Of a stretch of DNA of 44,245 bases, positions 34,194 to 43,044 are shown one piece after another. A program made the position numbers and the translations under genes. The notes beneath the pieces were generated by a model. It saw only the letters and a program-made list of their open reading frames with translations. It did not search any database and had not been told where the DNA came from. This DNA comes from a virus. Taxonomy: Duplodnaviria > Caudoviricetes. Positions within the stretch are counted from its first letter, which is position 1. Each line of letters opens with the position of its first letter. Where the stretch lies: IMG/VR virus record IMGVR_UViG_3300034091_000010, positions 1-44,245 of that record; one strand, written 5' to 3'.

Positions 34194-34739
34194 ATGGGCT
34201 TCTTCAGTTCACTTTTTGGTGGCCAAAACGAAACCCTAAATGCCAACATCGCCAAGACGGGCGCTATAGGCGATTTTAGTACAGGCATGGGCGAGAAGAA
34301 CCTCACTACTGCGTCAGACTTTTGGAATTCGATCCTTTCAGGAGACAGTTCTAAGCAAATGGCAGTGTTAAACCCAGCCATATCCTCAGTCAAGACCTCA
34401 ACCGCACAGGAAAACAAAAGCACAGCAGAAATGGGAACTCGCAGTGGAGGAAATGCTGCGTCCACGGCGGCTACTAATGATAAGGTTCATGATTATATAA
34501 CAAAACTCATTGGAGACTTAACAGGGAAGGCGGCGGGAGAAGTAGGAAGCATAGGAAGCAATCAGCTTAACGTGGGCTTAGAGGCATTAGGAAAGCAAAC
34601 AGATATGTCCCAGCAGAGAATGCAGAATTGGTCTGACAGTATCCTCGGACTAGGCGTAACAAAGGCTGCTGGAGCCGCTGAGGGTATGGCGTTAGGTGCT
34701 CTCACTGGTGGAGGTGGAGGCGGTGGTGGAGGCGGTTGA
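34194..34739 (+). CDS. small internal virion/DNA ejection protein
   Basis: GAGG RBS; MGFFSSLFGG start; G/A/S/N-rich; GTRSGG motif; C-terminal hydrophobic helix and poly-Gly. Similar in character to P22 gp7-type proteins. Confidence 0.65.
   Translation: MGFFSSLFGGQNETLNANIAKTGAIGDFSTGMGEKNLTTASDFWNSILSGDSSKQMAVLNPAISSVKTSTAQENKSTAEMGTRSGGNAASTAATNDKVHDYITKLIGDLTGKAAGEVGSIGSNQLNVGLEALGKQTDMSQQRMQNWSDSILGLGVTKAAGAAEGMALGALTGGGGGGGGGG
34629..34717 (+). repeat. 89-bp exact direct repeat, copy 1
   Basis: TGGTCTGACAG...GGTGGAGGTGG is identical to 35372-35460. Confidence 0.9.
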
Positions 34740-34798
34740 GGCAATTACTAATGAGTAATTCATTGTAGGAATGCAAAGAAACTAAAAAGGAGACAATC

Positions 34799-35113
34799 AT
34801 GGCGAACGATGCAGCATGGCAAGCAGGAGTGGACATCGCACAGAAGCACAAGGATGACAAGAAGAACAAAGGTTCATGGGGAAACTTTGGTCAAATCCAG
34901 CAACCGAAGGAGAGTGGCTGGAAGAAAGCCATGCACGTCCTGTTTCCGATCTCTAACTTCGACAAAGGCGGCAGGGTCAAGAAGACGGGCGTTTACAAGT
35001 TGAAAAAGGGTGAGCGTGTATTGACCGTTGCTCAGCAAAAAGCGCATGGATTGAAAAAGGGCGGAAAGAAAAAGCCGAGTGAGAGGAAGCGCGTAGCATC
35101 GAAGAGGGGATAA
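34799..35113 (+). CDS. basic protein, paralog 1, ending RKRVASKRG
   Basis: AAGGAG RBS; FDKGGRVKKTGVYKLKKGERVLT core. Confidence 0.8.
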   Translation: MANDAAWQAGVDIAQKHKDDKKNKGSWGNFGQIQQPKESGWKKAMHVLFPISNFDKGGRVKKTGVYKLKKGERVLTVAQQKAHGLKKGGKKKPSERKRVASKRG

Positions 35114-35117
35114 TTGG

Positions 35118-35252
35118 ATGGCAAGTGACCAAGCGTGGGCAATAGGCGCACAAATAGGGACAGAACGCGCTAAGGAGCGTCGTGCGCGTAAGCAAGCCTT
35201 GTCTGATACAGAGCTATACGGAAAGATCAACGATCTTACTTCACCAACTTGA
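35118..35252 (+). pseudogene. truncated 5' fragment of a second allele of the 35874 ejection protein
   Basis: MASDQAWAIGAQIGTERAKERRARKQALSD...; 29 bp (35178-35206) identical to 35934-35962. Confidence 0.75.
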
Positions 35253-35479
35253 TTGGCAGTCTTACGGGGAAATCCGCTGAGAGTCTTGCTAATCTTGGAA
35301 GTACCGAGATGAGTACAGGGCTTGGAGCATTAAACCAACAGGGAGGAGAGATTGAAAAGCGTATGCAGGCATGGTCTGACAGTATCCTCGGACTAGGCGT
35401 AACAAAGGCTGCTGGAGCCGCTGAGGGTATGGCGTTAGGTGCTCTCACTGGTGGAGGTGGCGGCGGCGGTGGAAGCTAA
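35237..35479 (+). pseudogene. 3' fragment of a second allele of the 34194 ejection protein
   Basis: YFTNLIGSLTGKSA aligns with YITKLIGDLTGKAA; shares the 89-bp repeat; no clear RBS/ATG. Confidence 0.75.
35372..35460 (+). repeat. 89-bp exact direct repeat, copy 2
   Basis: Identical to 34629-34717 (offset 743 bp). Confidence 0.9.
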
Positions 35480-35509
35480 TCGGTTAAGTCAACAAAAGGA
35501 GGAAGATCA

Positions 35510-35869
35510 ATGGCAAATGTAGATGCGTTCAACAGTGGATTTGATATGGGTAGTGGAAAGAAGTCACCCAAGAAGAAGACCGGGGAAAAAGATGGACAGG
35601 ATAGCGGTAAAGCGACGGGACTAAAAGGCTATCTAGGGAAGAAATTTGGAAAACATAATAATTCTCCTAAGCAATTCTCAGAGCCAGAAGAAGGACCTGT
35701 TGCGTCTGCGTATTCTTTCCATAAAGGTGGAACCGTAAAAAAGACAGGCAATTACCGTCTCCGAAAAGGAGAAAAAGTCTTAACCATTTCGCAGCAGAAG
35801 GCCGCAGGAATTAAGAAGGGCGGAAAGAAAAAGGCTAACTCTCGCAAGAGAATAGCCTCGAAAGGTTAA
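35510..35869 (+). CDS. basic protein, paralog 2, ending RKRIASKG
   Basis: AAGGAGG RBS; FHKGGTVKKTGNYRLRKGEKVLT core. Confidence 0.8.
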   Translation: MANVDAFNSGFDMGSGKKSPKKKTGEKDGQDSGKATGLKGYLGKKFGKHNNSPKQFSEPEEGPVASAYSFHKGGTVKKTGNYRLRKGEKVLTISQQKAAGIKKGGKKKANSRKRIASKG

Positions 35870-35873
35870 AGGA

Positions 35874-37583
35874 ATGGCTAACGTCCAAGCGTTTGAGAGT
35901 GGCTATAATCAGGGATACGGCGCTATGGAACATCGTCGTGCGCGTAAGCAAGCCTTGTCTGACGCTCAATTTCAAGAAAAACATAATGAAATTCAGGGCA
36001 TGATCGACAACCTGCAAACCCAAGCAGCGGCTATCCCTGATAAGAAAAGCGACGATTATACCAAGGTAAAAACGCAATTAGATCAAGCATTGCAGGAACG
36101 TGACGCGCATTGGAGAAGTCTAGAACATCCTAACGCTATAATGAGATTTGGGAAGATGCTTGGCAAGGATATGCATTTTCCTCAAAAAGCTGCTCCTGAT
36201 TACGCCGCGTCTGCCGGTAAAGAAGCCGATCAACTTTTAGCGGCTGGACCGCTGACTCCTGAGCAACAAGCGGGCGTAGGGGTTAGAGGGAAGCTGGCTG
36301 AGTTTAATGCGAACCTTAAAGCACAGACAGACATTTGGGATAACCTGCATAAAGGCGCATCGCAAGAAGAAAAAGATACGGCTCACTCTGAAATCGGACA
36401 GAGGTTGATGCAGACAATGTTTGGGCTTACTGGAAAAGGTCATTGGAAGCAAGTAACTGGGAAGATTTATGATAAGCCAGCTACACTGAATTATGATTCT
36501 GACTTAAACAGATACACATATCAAACAGGAGAATCAGTTCCTCAAGAGGCTCTGGATACTTGGGTTCCTGATGTAAAGCCTTCTGGAACGATAGCTTCTC
36601 TGGAGATGGATCAATACAATAAAGCTGTCGCCGGAGGATACAAAGGAACATATTTACAATGGAGAACAGAACAAACAGCAGGAAATAAGCCCAAAAATGC
36701 TGATGAGGAATTCCGTATTCTTCTTAAAAAGAAGGATTTAGGAGAGCCTCTTAGCAAAGATGATATTGCCACCATGAGAGCATATCAGGAATGGATCAAT
36801 GTCAAAACAACTCAACCTAAAGTTGCTGGCTATCAAGCATTGGCATGGTCAAGGATTGTTCCTGCTGTAGTTCCCGGAAGACCGGGAGAGACACAATATG
36901 TTCCTGCTGGAATCGCATACAAAAATAACATGAAGGCTCCTTCTAGCCTTAGTCATTTAATGACTATTTATTATGGGACAGGTAAGGGAGGACAAGATTT
37001 ATTGCGGTTTAACACGGCCACCCACCACTTAAAGTTAATGGCACAATTAGCTGACAACTTGGATAACACACAATCACCTGTATATAATCGTCTGAAGAAT
37101 GAATGGACAACGCAACTTCTTGGAGGCGAGGCACCTACGGATTTCAATGGTATCCGCGATGCCGTAGCTGGAGAACTTTCTAGGCTGTATACGGGGGTAG
37201 GTGCGACAAACGAGGAACTTGAAAACATAAAGTCTACAGTAAACAATGCTCAATCTCCTGAGCAATTGGCGGGAATAATCTCTACCTCGCTGGCTACAAT
37301 GCACGGTAAGATCGAAGCGTCAGCACAACAATATATTTCTGGGACAGAAGGAATTCCCGCCTTTCCGGAGGATGTCGTTCCACCTCCTCCGCAGGGCGCA
37401 AATCCACCGCCGAATCCTAACAACCCGCTGGCAGGTAGAGCAACCAATCCGCAGGCTCAAACTAAATCCAAGGGAGCGCGTAGCCTAGCGGCTGCAATGG
37501 CGCTGCCTATCAACAAAGGAAAGAGCGCCGCTGAAGTTGAAAAACATCTAAAAGACCTTGGCTATACCGTAACGAGGCCATAA
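35874..37583 (+). CDS. internal virion/DNA ejection protein
   Basis: 569 aa, predominantly helical composition; position after the tail genes. Confidence 0.6.
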   Translation: MANVQAFESGYNQGYGAMEHRRARKQALSDAQFQEKHNEIQGMIDNLQTQAAAIPDKKSDDYTKVKTQLDQALQERDAHWRSLEHPNAIMRFGKMLGKDMHFPQKAAPDYAASAGKEADQLLAAGPLTPEQQAGVGVRGKLAEFNANLKAQTDIWDNLHKGASQEEKDTAHSEIGQRLMQTMFGLTGKGHWKQVTGKIYDKPATLNYDSDLNRYTYQTGESVPQEALDTWVPDVKPSGTIASLEMDQYNKAVAGGYKGTYLQWRTEQTAGNKPKNADEEFRILLKKKDLGEPLSKDDIATMRAYQEWINVKTTQPKVAGYQALAWSRIVPAVVPGRPGETQYVPAGIAYKNNMKAPSSLSHLMTIYYGTGKGGQDLLRFNTATHHLKLMAQLADNLDNTQSPVYNRLKNEWTTQLLGGEAPTDFNGIRDAVAGELSRLYTGVGATNEELENIKSTVNNAQSPEQLAGIISTSLATMHGKIEASAQQYISGTEGIPAFPEDVVPPPPQGANPPPNPNNPLAGRATNPQAQTKSKGARSLAAAMALPINKGKSAAEVEKHLKDLGYTVTRP

Positions 37584-39943
37584 TGCCAGAACCTAAGAAA
37601 CCGCCATTAGCCGACCCCTACGCTTCCCTGCCGGATACATCGACTCAAGCGCAGCAAGACCCTTACGCGAATATGCCGGATGCTTTTATTGCCCCTAAAA
37701 ACAATAAAGAAGGTCTGTATCAAATGCAGAGACCTGATGGAACTATGGTTGAGGGAGGCGTCCCCCATAGTAAGGTGATGGATGCGTATAAAGCAGGTTA
37801 TTTGATTGCGCCTAAAGATTACGAAACTTACGCTAAGAACCACGAATATGAACTAAAGAAAGCGGGAAAACCTTTCGATCCTAATGTTGATCTCCCGCGT
37901 TCGTTTGATGAAGTTACGGCATCTCCAACTCCGTATACTCTCCCTTGGATAAAACAGAAAGCAGAGAACATGAGAGAGGGAGTCCTTAATCTACTTCCTA
38001 CTGCTTTTGGTATCGGTGGAGGACTATTAACTGGTGGTGCGGGGTTGGAATCTGGACCGGCAGATATTGCTATAGCGACCACTGGAGCTACTATGGGTGG
38101 GGCGCTAGGAGAAGATGTTCGTCAATCAGCAGAACGGAGACTGCACCCTTACGAACACAGGCTAACGCCAGCAGAATCCGCTAGGAAGATTGCGGTGCAG
38201 GGAGGCATACAGGGAATAAATGAATTAGGGGGAAGGGTTGGTTCACGGTACGCCCTTGGTCCAGCAGCCGAGTATTTCAGAAATACTGCTGCTGCATCTA
38301 AAAAGGCCGGAATTGCATTACTCCCGTCAGAGGCAGCAGGAAAGTCGCCAAGCATAGTTGAGAAGTTAGCTAAAGAATCCATTTTTACTAAAGGTAAAAT
38401 GGAGAGATTTCGCGCATTGCAAAATTCTCAATCACAAGTAGCCGTAGAATCGCTTGCAAACAGTATAGATAATTTTAGAGGAACTCCAGAAGAACTAGGA
38501 AAAATGGTAAAAGGGGGAATTGAAGCGCACAAGAAAACCTTCCGGTTATTGCAAAACTCTCTCTACGGGGATATTGATAAGGCTATTGGACAGAAAACAA
38601 TTCAAGTCCCTATCTACAAGTCAGTCTCGACGGGTATATTAGATGCGTCTGGGAACCCGGTAATGAGAACTATGCAGACCGGCACAGAAGAAAAAATAGT
38701 AGATAGCGTGATGCCTTCTTTAAATGGGCATTACGATGCAAGCGGACAATATATTGAAGGATTGAAAGACTTTGCTACCAAGGAATTAAAGGAATTAGAT
38801 CAAGAAGAAAAAGTATTCTCCCCTGCCCTTCTTAAAAAGGGAAGGAGAATGCTCCAAACCATTATTAAAGCTCCTGATAATATGAACTATCAGGCAATGG
38901 CAAATGCTCGCTCGGACGCACTAGGGATCGCAAGGAAACTAGATAGGGCTATGTCTGGTAAAGAGTCGGGATTCGCTAAGAGGATGGCACAACTCTACGA
39001 TGAATCTATGATGGATGCAGCCAATAAGAGCGGAATCCAAGGACTGCCGGAAAAAATCAGAGAAGCAAACCAGATAACGGCTGAGGAGCATGTAAGATTT
39101 GAGCAGGCTTTGATAAAGAAGATAGTGAAAACAAAGAAGCCAGAAGCTATTGCTTCACTTTTGACTGGAGATATAGCAAATCAGGAAGCGCGTGATTTAT
39201 TTTCCGTACTTCCTGCTGACTTACACGCGCCAGTCCAACGGGAAGTAATTATGGATACAATGAGAGAGGCTACAGACCCTCTATCTAAGGCATTTAACGA
39301 AAGACAATTTGCTAAGAATGTTGCAGAAATGGGAGACGAGAGAGGAAATATAATCTTTGGAGATAACTGGAAAAATATTAAAGAACTATCTGCAATATTG
39401 GAAAAGATCAAAAGTCCGATGGGAATGAGTGGATCGGCAGCATCCCTACAAAATGCTGGAATTATTAAAGGTGCCCTTGGAGGTTCTGGAATAGGAGCGG
39501 CTGCTTTAGCAACAGCTACCGGACATCCTGCGGCTGGAGCAGAAATACTTGGCGCTGAAGCTGTAATGATTCTTGGATACGCATATACCTATCGTGCATT
39601 AGCTAGTGCATTAACCAATCCAGAAATGGCTGTAAAGATTATTAAGGCGGCGCAAGCACTGAATCGCGCAACACCTTACGCTATAATGGGAGCCGTAAAT
39701 GAGACAGGTGGTGTTAATAAGAACGTACATAAAGTCAAGGATTTACTAGACGAGTGGAACAAGAATCATCCTAGCAAGACGATTCATCCTCCAGAGTCAA
39801 AGGCGGAAGACCTTCAAAACGAGTTTCACAAATCAGGTTTAGCTCCTGCTCCTGCTCCAGCAGAGGGAACAGGGCCGCAATTGTCTCTAAGACCAACGCA
39901 TCGGTTCGACGAATCCACTAATAGCATTGTTTCTATGGTTTAG
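37583..39943 (+). CDS. large internal virion/DNA ejection protein
   Basis: 786 aa; DPYAxxPD repeated twice at the N-terminus; Gly/Ala-rich hydrophobic hairpins; TAATG coupling. Confidence 0.65.
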   Translation: MPEPKKPPLADPYASLPDTSTQAQQDPYANMPDAFIAPKNNKEGLYQMQRPDGTMVEGGVPHSKVMDAYKAGYLIAPKDYETYAKNHEYELKKAGKPFDPNVDLPRSFDEVTASPTPYTLPWIKQKAENMREGVLNLLPTAFGIGGGLLTGGAGLESGPADIAIATTGATMGGALGEDVRQSAERRLHPYEHRLTPAESARKIAVQGGIQGINELGGRVGSRYALGPAAEYFRNTAAASKKAGIALLPSEAAGKSPSIVEKLAKESIFTKGKMERFRALQNSQSQVAVESLANSIDNFRGTPEELGKMVKGGIEAHKKTFRLLQNSLYGDIDKAIGQKTIQVPIYKSVSTGILDASGNPVMRTMQTGTEEKIVDSVMPSLNGHYDASGQYIEGLKDFATKELKELDQEEKVFSPALLKKGRRMLQTIIKAPDNMNYQAMANARSDALGIARKLDRAMSGKESGFAKRMAQLYDESMMDAANKSGIQGLPEKIREANQITAEEHVRFEQALIKKIVKTKKPEAIASLLTGDIANQEARDLFSVLPADLHAPVQREVIMDTMREATDPLSKAFNERQFAKNVAEMGDERGNIIFGDNWKNIKELSAILEKIKSPMGMSGSAASLQNAGIIKGALGGSGIGAAALATATGHPAAGAEILGAEAVMILGYAYTYRALASALTNPEMAVKIIKAAQALNRATPYAIMGAVNETGGVNKNVHKVKDLLDEWNKNHPSKTIHPPESKAEDLQNEFHKSGLAPAPAPAEGTGPQLSLRPTHRFDESTNSIVSMV

Positions 39944-39947
39944 TCTT

Positions 39948-41171
39948 ATGCCCGATCCCAGGAAAAAACTCGTTATGGTGAACGGGGTAGGAGTCGTGCA
40001 GTTTCCCGGCGCGATGGACGATAAGAAGATTGCTGAGGCTATTCAAACGCATAAGGAATTGAAAGTTACTCCATCTCTCCCGTATGAAAGTTCTGCCGCA
40101 ATAATCCCTCCAGAGTTACAGAGAATAGAGAACGCTGTAGGAGTTCAATACAAACTAGGCAAGCCCGTAGAGGGAAGTGATTCTATTGCATCAGTAGGAG
40201 AGCATGAGCCTCACGTTATAGAAATCAACGATAAGACAAGATGGAATCAAGGACCAAGGCAAACAAAAGGCCATGAAATAGTCCATATATGGAAAAACAA
40301 TCTTCCGGCAAAAATGCAAGCAGCCATTCCTCCAGATGATCCAGACCCTAAGAAGCGTTACGACATTAGCGATGCTGATACTTTAAGGGCAATGGGAAAC
40401 ACTTTAGTTACCATTCCTCAAGAGAAAGCCGCAACGATTATACAGACATGGATAGCAGACCCTAGCCAAAGGAAACGCCTTCAGCCATGGATGGACGATC
40501 TAACAACTATTCCTTTAAGCGTAATGCAGCCCACCTCTCCTAGCGACAAAGGAATCAACACAAATATAAGACCACCAATACCTCCGATTGAAGCGTATCT
40601 TACTCCAGCGCAGATGAAGGAAAGAGCAATAAGAGCAAGAATGAATTTAGGTAAAACTCAAGTTACGGACGCGGGAATAAACTTAATCAAGAAGTCAGAA
40701 TCTTTTCGTCCTAATGTCTATAAAGACTCGGCAGGAAATCCCACAATAGGATATGGTCATAGGATTGAACCTGGAGAATTCTTTCCCAATGGAGTCACGC
40801 ACGATGAAGCATTGGCGATGCTGCATAAAGATTTACATACTGCCGAGAGCGCAGTAAAGCGTTATGTTAAAGTCCCATTGACCAAAGGACAATATGATGC
40901 CTTAGTTAGCTTTACTTTTAACCTTGGGGTAGGAAACCTAGCAAATTCTACACTCCTGAAGCAACTAAATTCTGGAGATTATGACTCAGCAGGAAAACAG
41001 TTATTGCTTTGGAACCACTCTAAAGGAAAAGTAATAAAAGCATTGACAGATCGCCGTAAGGCAGAGTTAGCTTTGTGGAACGGCTCTACCGCTATTCCTA
41101 ACCCGCAGGACGTAAAGAGAAAAGGTGAGGAGTTGCAAGCAAAACTTAGGATGCCGGGAGGAATGAAATGA
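39948..41171 (+). CDS. virion-associated protein with C-terminal GH24 (phage) lysozyme domain
   Basis: GINLIKKSESFR...YKDSAGNPTIGYGH (E-D-T triad), QYDALVSFTFNLG, RRKAE; the N-terminal half contains HEIVH. Confidence 0.85.
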   Translation: MPDPRKKLVMVNGVGVVQFPGAMDDKKIAEAIQTHKELKVTPSLPYESSAAIIPPELQRIENAVGVQYKLGKPVEGSDSIASVGEHEPHVIEINDKTRWNQGPRQTKGHEIVHIWKNNLPAKMQAAIPPDDPDPKKRYDISDADTLRAMGNTLVTIPQEKAATIIQTWIADPSQRKRLQPWMDDLTTIPLSVMQPTSPSDKGINTNIRPPIPPIEAYLTPAQMKERAIRARMNLGKTQVTDAGINLIKKSESFRPNVYKDSAGNPTIGYGHRIEPGEFFPNGVTHDEALAMLHKDLHTAESAVKRYVKVPLTKGQYDALVSFTFNLGVGNLANSTLLKQLNSGDYDSAGKQLLLWNHSKGKVIKALTDRRKAELALWNGSTAIPNPQDVKRKGEELQAKLRMPGGMK

Positions 41172-41368
41172 TTGAAATATTAGAAGGTCACTGGTTTAAT
41201 CCAGATCAGATCGTTTCCGTAAAAGCAACTGGAAAAGATAAATGTATCCTTTGGACGGCAGGACAGCCAGCTACGGAAGGACACGTTTTAGAATACAGTG
41301 CTGAAGAAGTAGTTCAAGCAATAGAGGACTGCTACTCTGAAGGCGAAGAAGAAATAGAGGATGAATAA
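41168..41368 (+). CDS. small acidic hypothetical protein
   Basis: GGAGG RBS; ATGA overlap; WFNPDQIVSV motif (FlbD-like small fold). Confidence 0.7.
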   Translation: MIEILEGHWFNPDQIVSVKATGKDKCILWTAGQPATEGHVLEYSAEEVVQAIEDCYSEGEEEIEDE

Positions 41369-41383
41369 GCGTAGAATAACGGA

Positions 41384-42310
41384 ATGGGAACAGACGAACT
41401 CCTTAGTCAACTTGAAGTCTGCGAAAGAGCAGCCTACTGGTCACTAGACTGGGAAAAGAACCAAATCACGCCTAACCAGCTACTCCAAGAGGGTATCCGC
41501 GAAGGACTTCTCTCAGGTAGAGGCGATTTTGGGGAATGCGCTGGAGAGAAAGTAGTTGAAATCGGCAGCAAAAGAGAACTGACTACAGATTATCCACAGG
41601 TCTATGACCAAATAATCCACATGGCTTCCCTTGCTGATATACTCTCCCACGCGCTCAGGAAGGCCGTAGGAGAGCCTTGGGGCCTACCGGAGCCTACTAC
41701 CATCCCTGGAGGCCACGAATGGAGTAGCACCGCCTACCTAGCGCCGTCAGGAACGTCCCTAAGAAGGGTTGTACTCGTCTCTCATTGGGATAAAGATCGA
41801 CATTACTCTTTCTGCCGTTCATGGGAGACGGTAGGAAACATCTGCGCCTATTCTTTGCCTATGCAACTTGCGGTTTGCGTTCTCGGCCAAGTTCGGGATG
41901 GAAAGCATTACGGATATTTTTCACGAGGGTACAGGCATCCGGTCAACCGAGGACTTCGATTTCGTAAAAAAACAGACGTAAACTCAAGATTTAAGGACAG
42001 TTGGCAGCAGGTATTTCGAGAGGATTTTGATGATATTCCTACGCTTGACTGGCTTTCAGCGATGCACAAGGATGGAGTTTTGGAGGATAGTTGTTTTAGT
42101 GTGACAGTTGACGTGCCGCAGGAAAATGCACGGACTCACGTTCTGGATTTAGCGGCTAGGAAATTAGATAGGCTGATGAACCTTAAAACAGTACCAGATG
42201 AGCAATTTACAGGATGCTCTTGGCCTACGAGATGCCCTTACATTACTCCATGTCATTCGGGATATGAGCCGTCAGGGAAGTATGGGTTTGTCAGGATTGA
42301 ATCCCTGTAA
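41384..42310 (+). CDS. Cas4/AddB-like PD-(D/E)XK-fold protein, possibly inactive
   Basis: N-terminal CERAAYW plus C-terminal C-x5-CPY-x3-C cluster; no recognisable D...[DE]xK. TAGAAT lies 6 nt before the ATG (leaderless). Confidence 0.55.
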   Translation: MGTDELLSQLEVCERAAYWSLDWEKNQITPNQLLQEGIREGLLSGRGDFGECAGEKVVEIGSKRELTTDYPQVYDQIIHMASLADILSHALRKAVGEPWGLPEPTTIPGGHEWSSTAYLAPSGTSLRRVVLVSHWDKDRHYSFCRSWETVGNICAYSLPMQLAVCVLGQVRDGKHYGYFSRGYRHPVNRGLRFRKKTDVNSRFKDSWQQVFREDFDDIPTLDWLSAMHKDGVLEDSCFSVTVDVPQENARTHVLDLAARKLDRLMNLKTVPDEQFTGCSWPTRCPYITPCHSGYEPSGKYGFVRIESL

Positions 42311-42479
42311 TCACAGCAGATGCTTTAGCGGTAGCGTTCCAATCTATCTCTTCACGGAACTTAGGCGGCTCCCCTACGCAGACAGGAATAGTCTTGTACT
42401 TTGGATCGAACAAGTAGAAGGTGTTAGGATTGGCGTTCTTGTCCTCAATAACATCGAAACTTCCAAACGGAAAGCTCAT
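42291..42479 (-). CDS. small hypothetical protein
   Basis: Last gene of the convergent operon; ATGA overlap with the upstream gene. Confidence 0.55.
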   Translation of the reverse strand: MSFPFGSFDVIEDKNANPNTFYLFDPKYKTIPVCVGEPPKFREEIDWNATAKASAVITGIQS

Positions 42480-42691
42480 AACAATACCCTCATATCATTC
42501 TCTATTGGTTTCAAATCTGTTCTATCGACATTAAACATTGTCTTTCCGTCGATAACCAGAGAGAAGAATTCGCAAGTTTCATCGTGTTCAAATTGGATAG
42601 TATGGTAATGCTCATCTGGAAGTAAACCATCTTTCCAAGCATCGCAAAACGCACATCTCGCCTTCACTGGTCCGAACGTGTGGTAACTCAT
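42476..42691 (-). CDS. small Cys/His-containing protein
   Basis: GGAGAGG RBS; CAFC...H...C. Confidence 0.6.
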   Translation of the reverse strand: MSYHTFGPVKARCAFCDAWKDGLLPDEHYHTIQFEHDETCEFFSLVIDGKTMFNVDRTDLKPIENDMRVLL

Positions 42692-42710
42692 GGTTTATCC
42701 TCTCCCAGCA

Positions 42711-42747
42711 AATAAATGTGGCAGCATTCTTACAAAATACTGCCACA
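42711..42747 (-). terminator. intrinsic terminator
   Basis: Minus strand TGTGGCAGTATTT-TGTAA-GAATGCTGCCACA then TTTATT. Confidence 0.65.
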
Positions 42748-42754
42748 CCTTGAA

Positions 42755-43027
42755 TTAGTCCCGTACTGGCGCACGTCCCCAATCGTTTACTTCGGTTGCA
42801 ATGCGGATTCCCCACTCTGTACCGGAAGGAACCGCAGCGGGCTTATGCTCTTGGTGTTGAACCGTCGCTCCTTCGCCTACGATCCGCACAAATGTTTGAC
42901 CGTCTTTTTCGTACATCTCGACGGCTTCGGCCTCATCACAAACGATTGAATGGTGATGACCTGTCGCTTCGCCAAGTGCGAGAGGGCGCACAGGAATCTT
43001 CTTTGCATCCTTCGGAATACGTTTCAT
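42755..43027 (-). CDS. His-rich partner of the DUF6745-like protein
   Basis: GGGAG RBS; LALGEATGHHH and HQEH motifs of the small protein usually encoded beside DUF6745. Confidence 0.8.
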   Translation of the reverse strand: MKRIPKDAKKIPVRPLALGEATGHHHSIVCDEAEAVEMYEKDGQTFVRIVGEGATVQHQEHKPAAVPSGTEWGIRIATEVNDWGRAPVRD

Positions 43028-43044
43028 TTGTTTTCTCCCTTCGG

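Noticed and set aside
34629-35460. 89-bp repeat pair as a diversity-generating retroelement TR/VR
   Set aside because: The copies are identical rather than differing at adenines, there is no reverse transcriptase in the window, and module duplication explains them.
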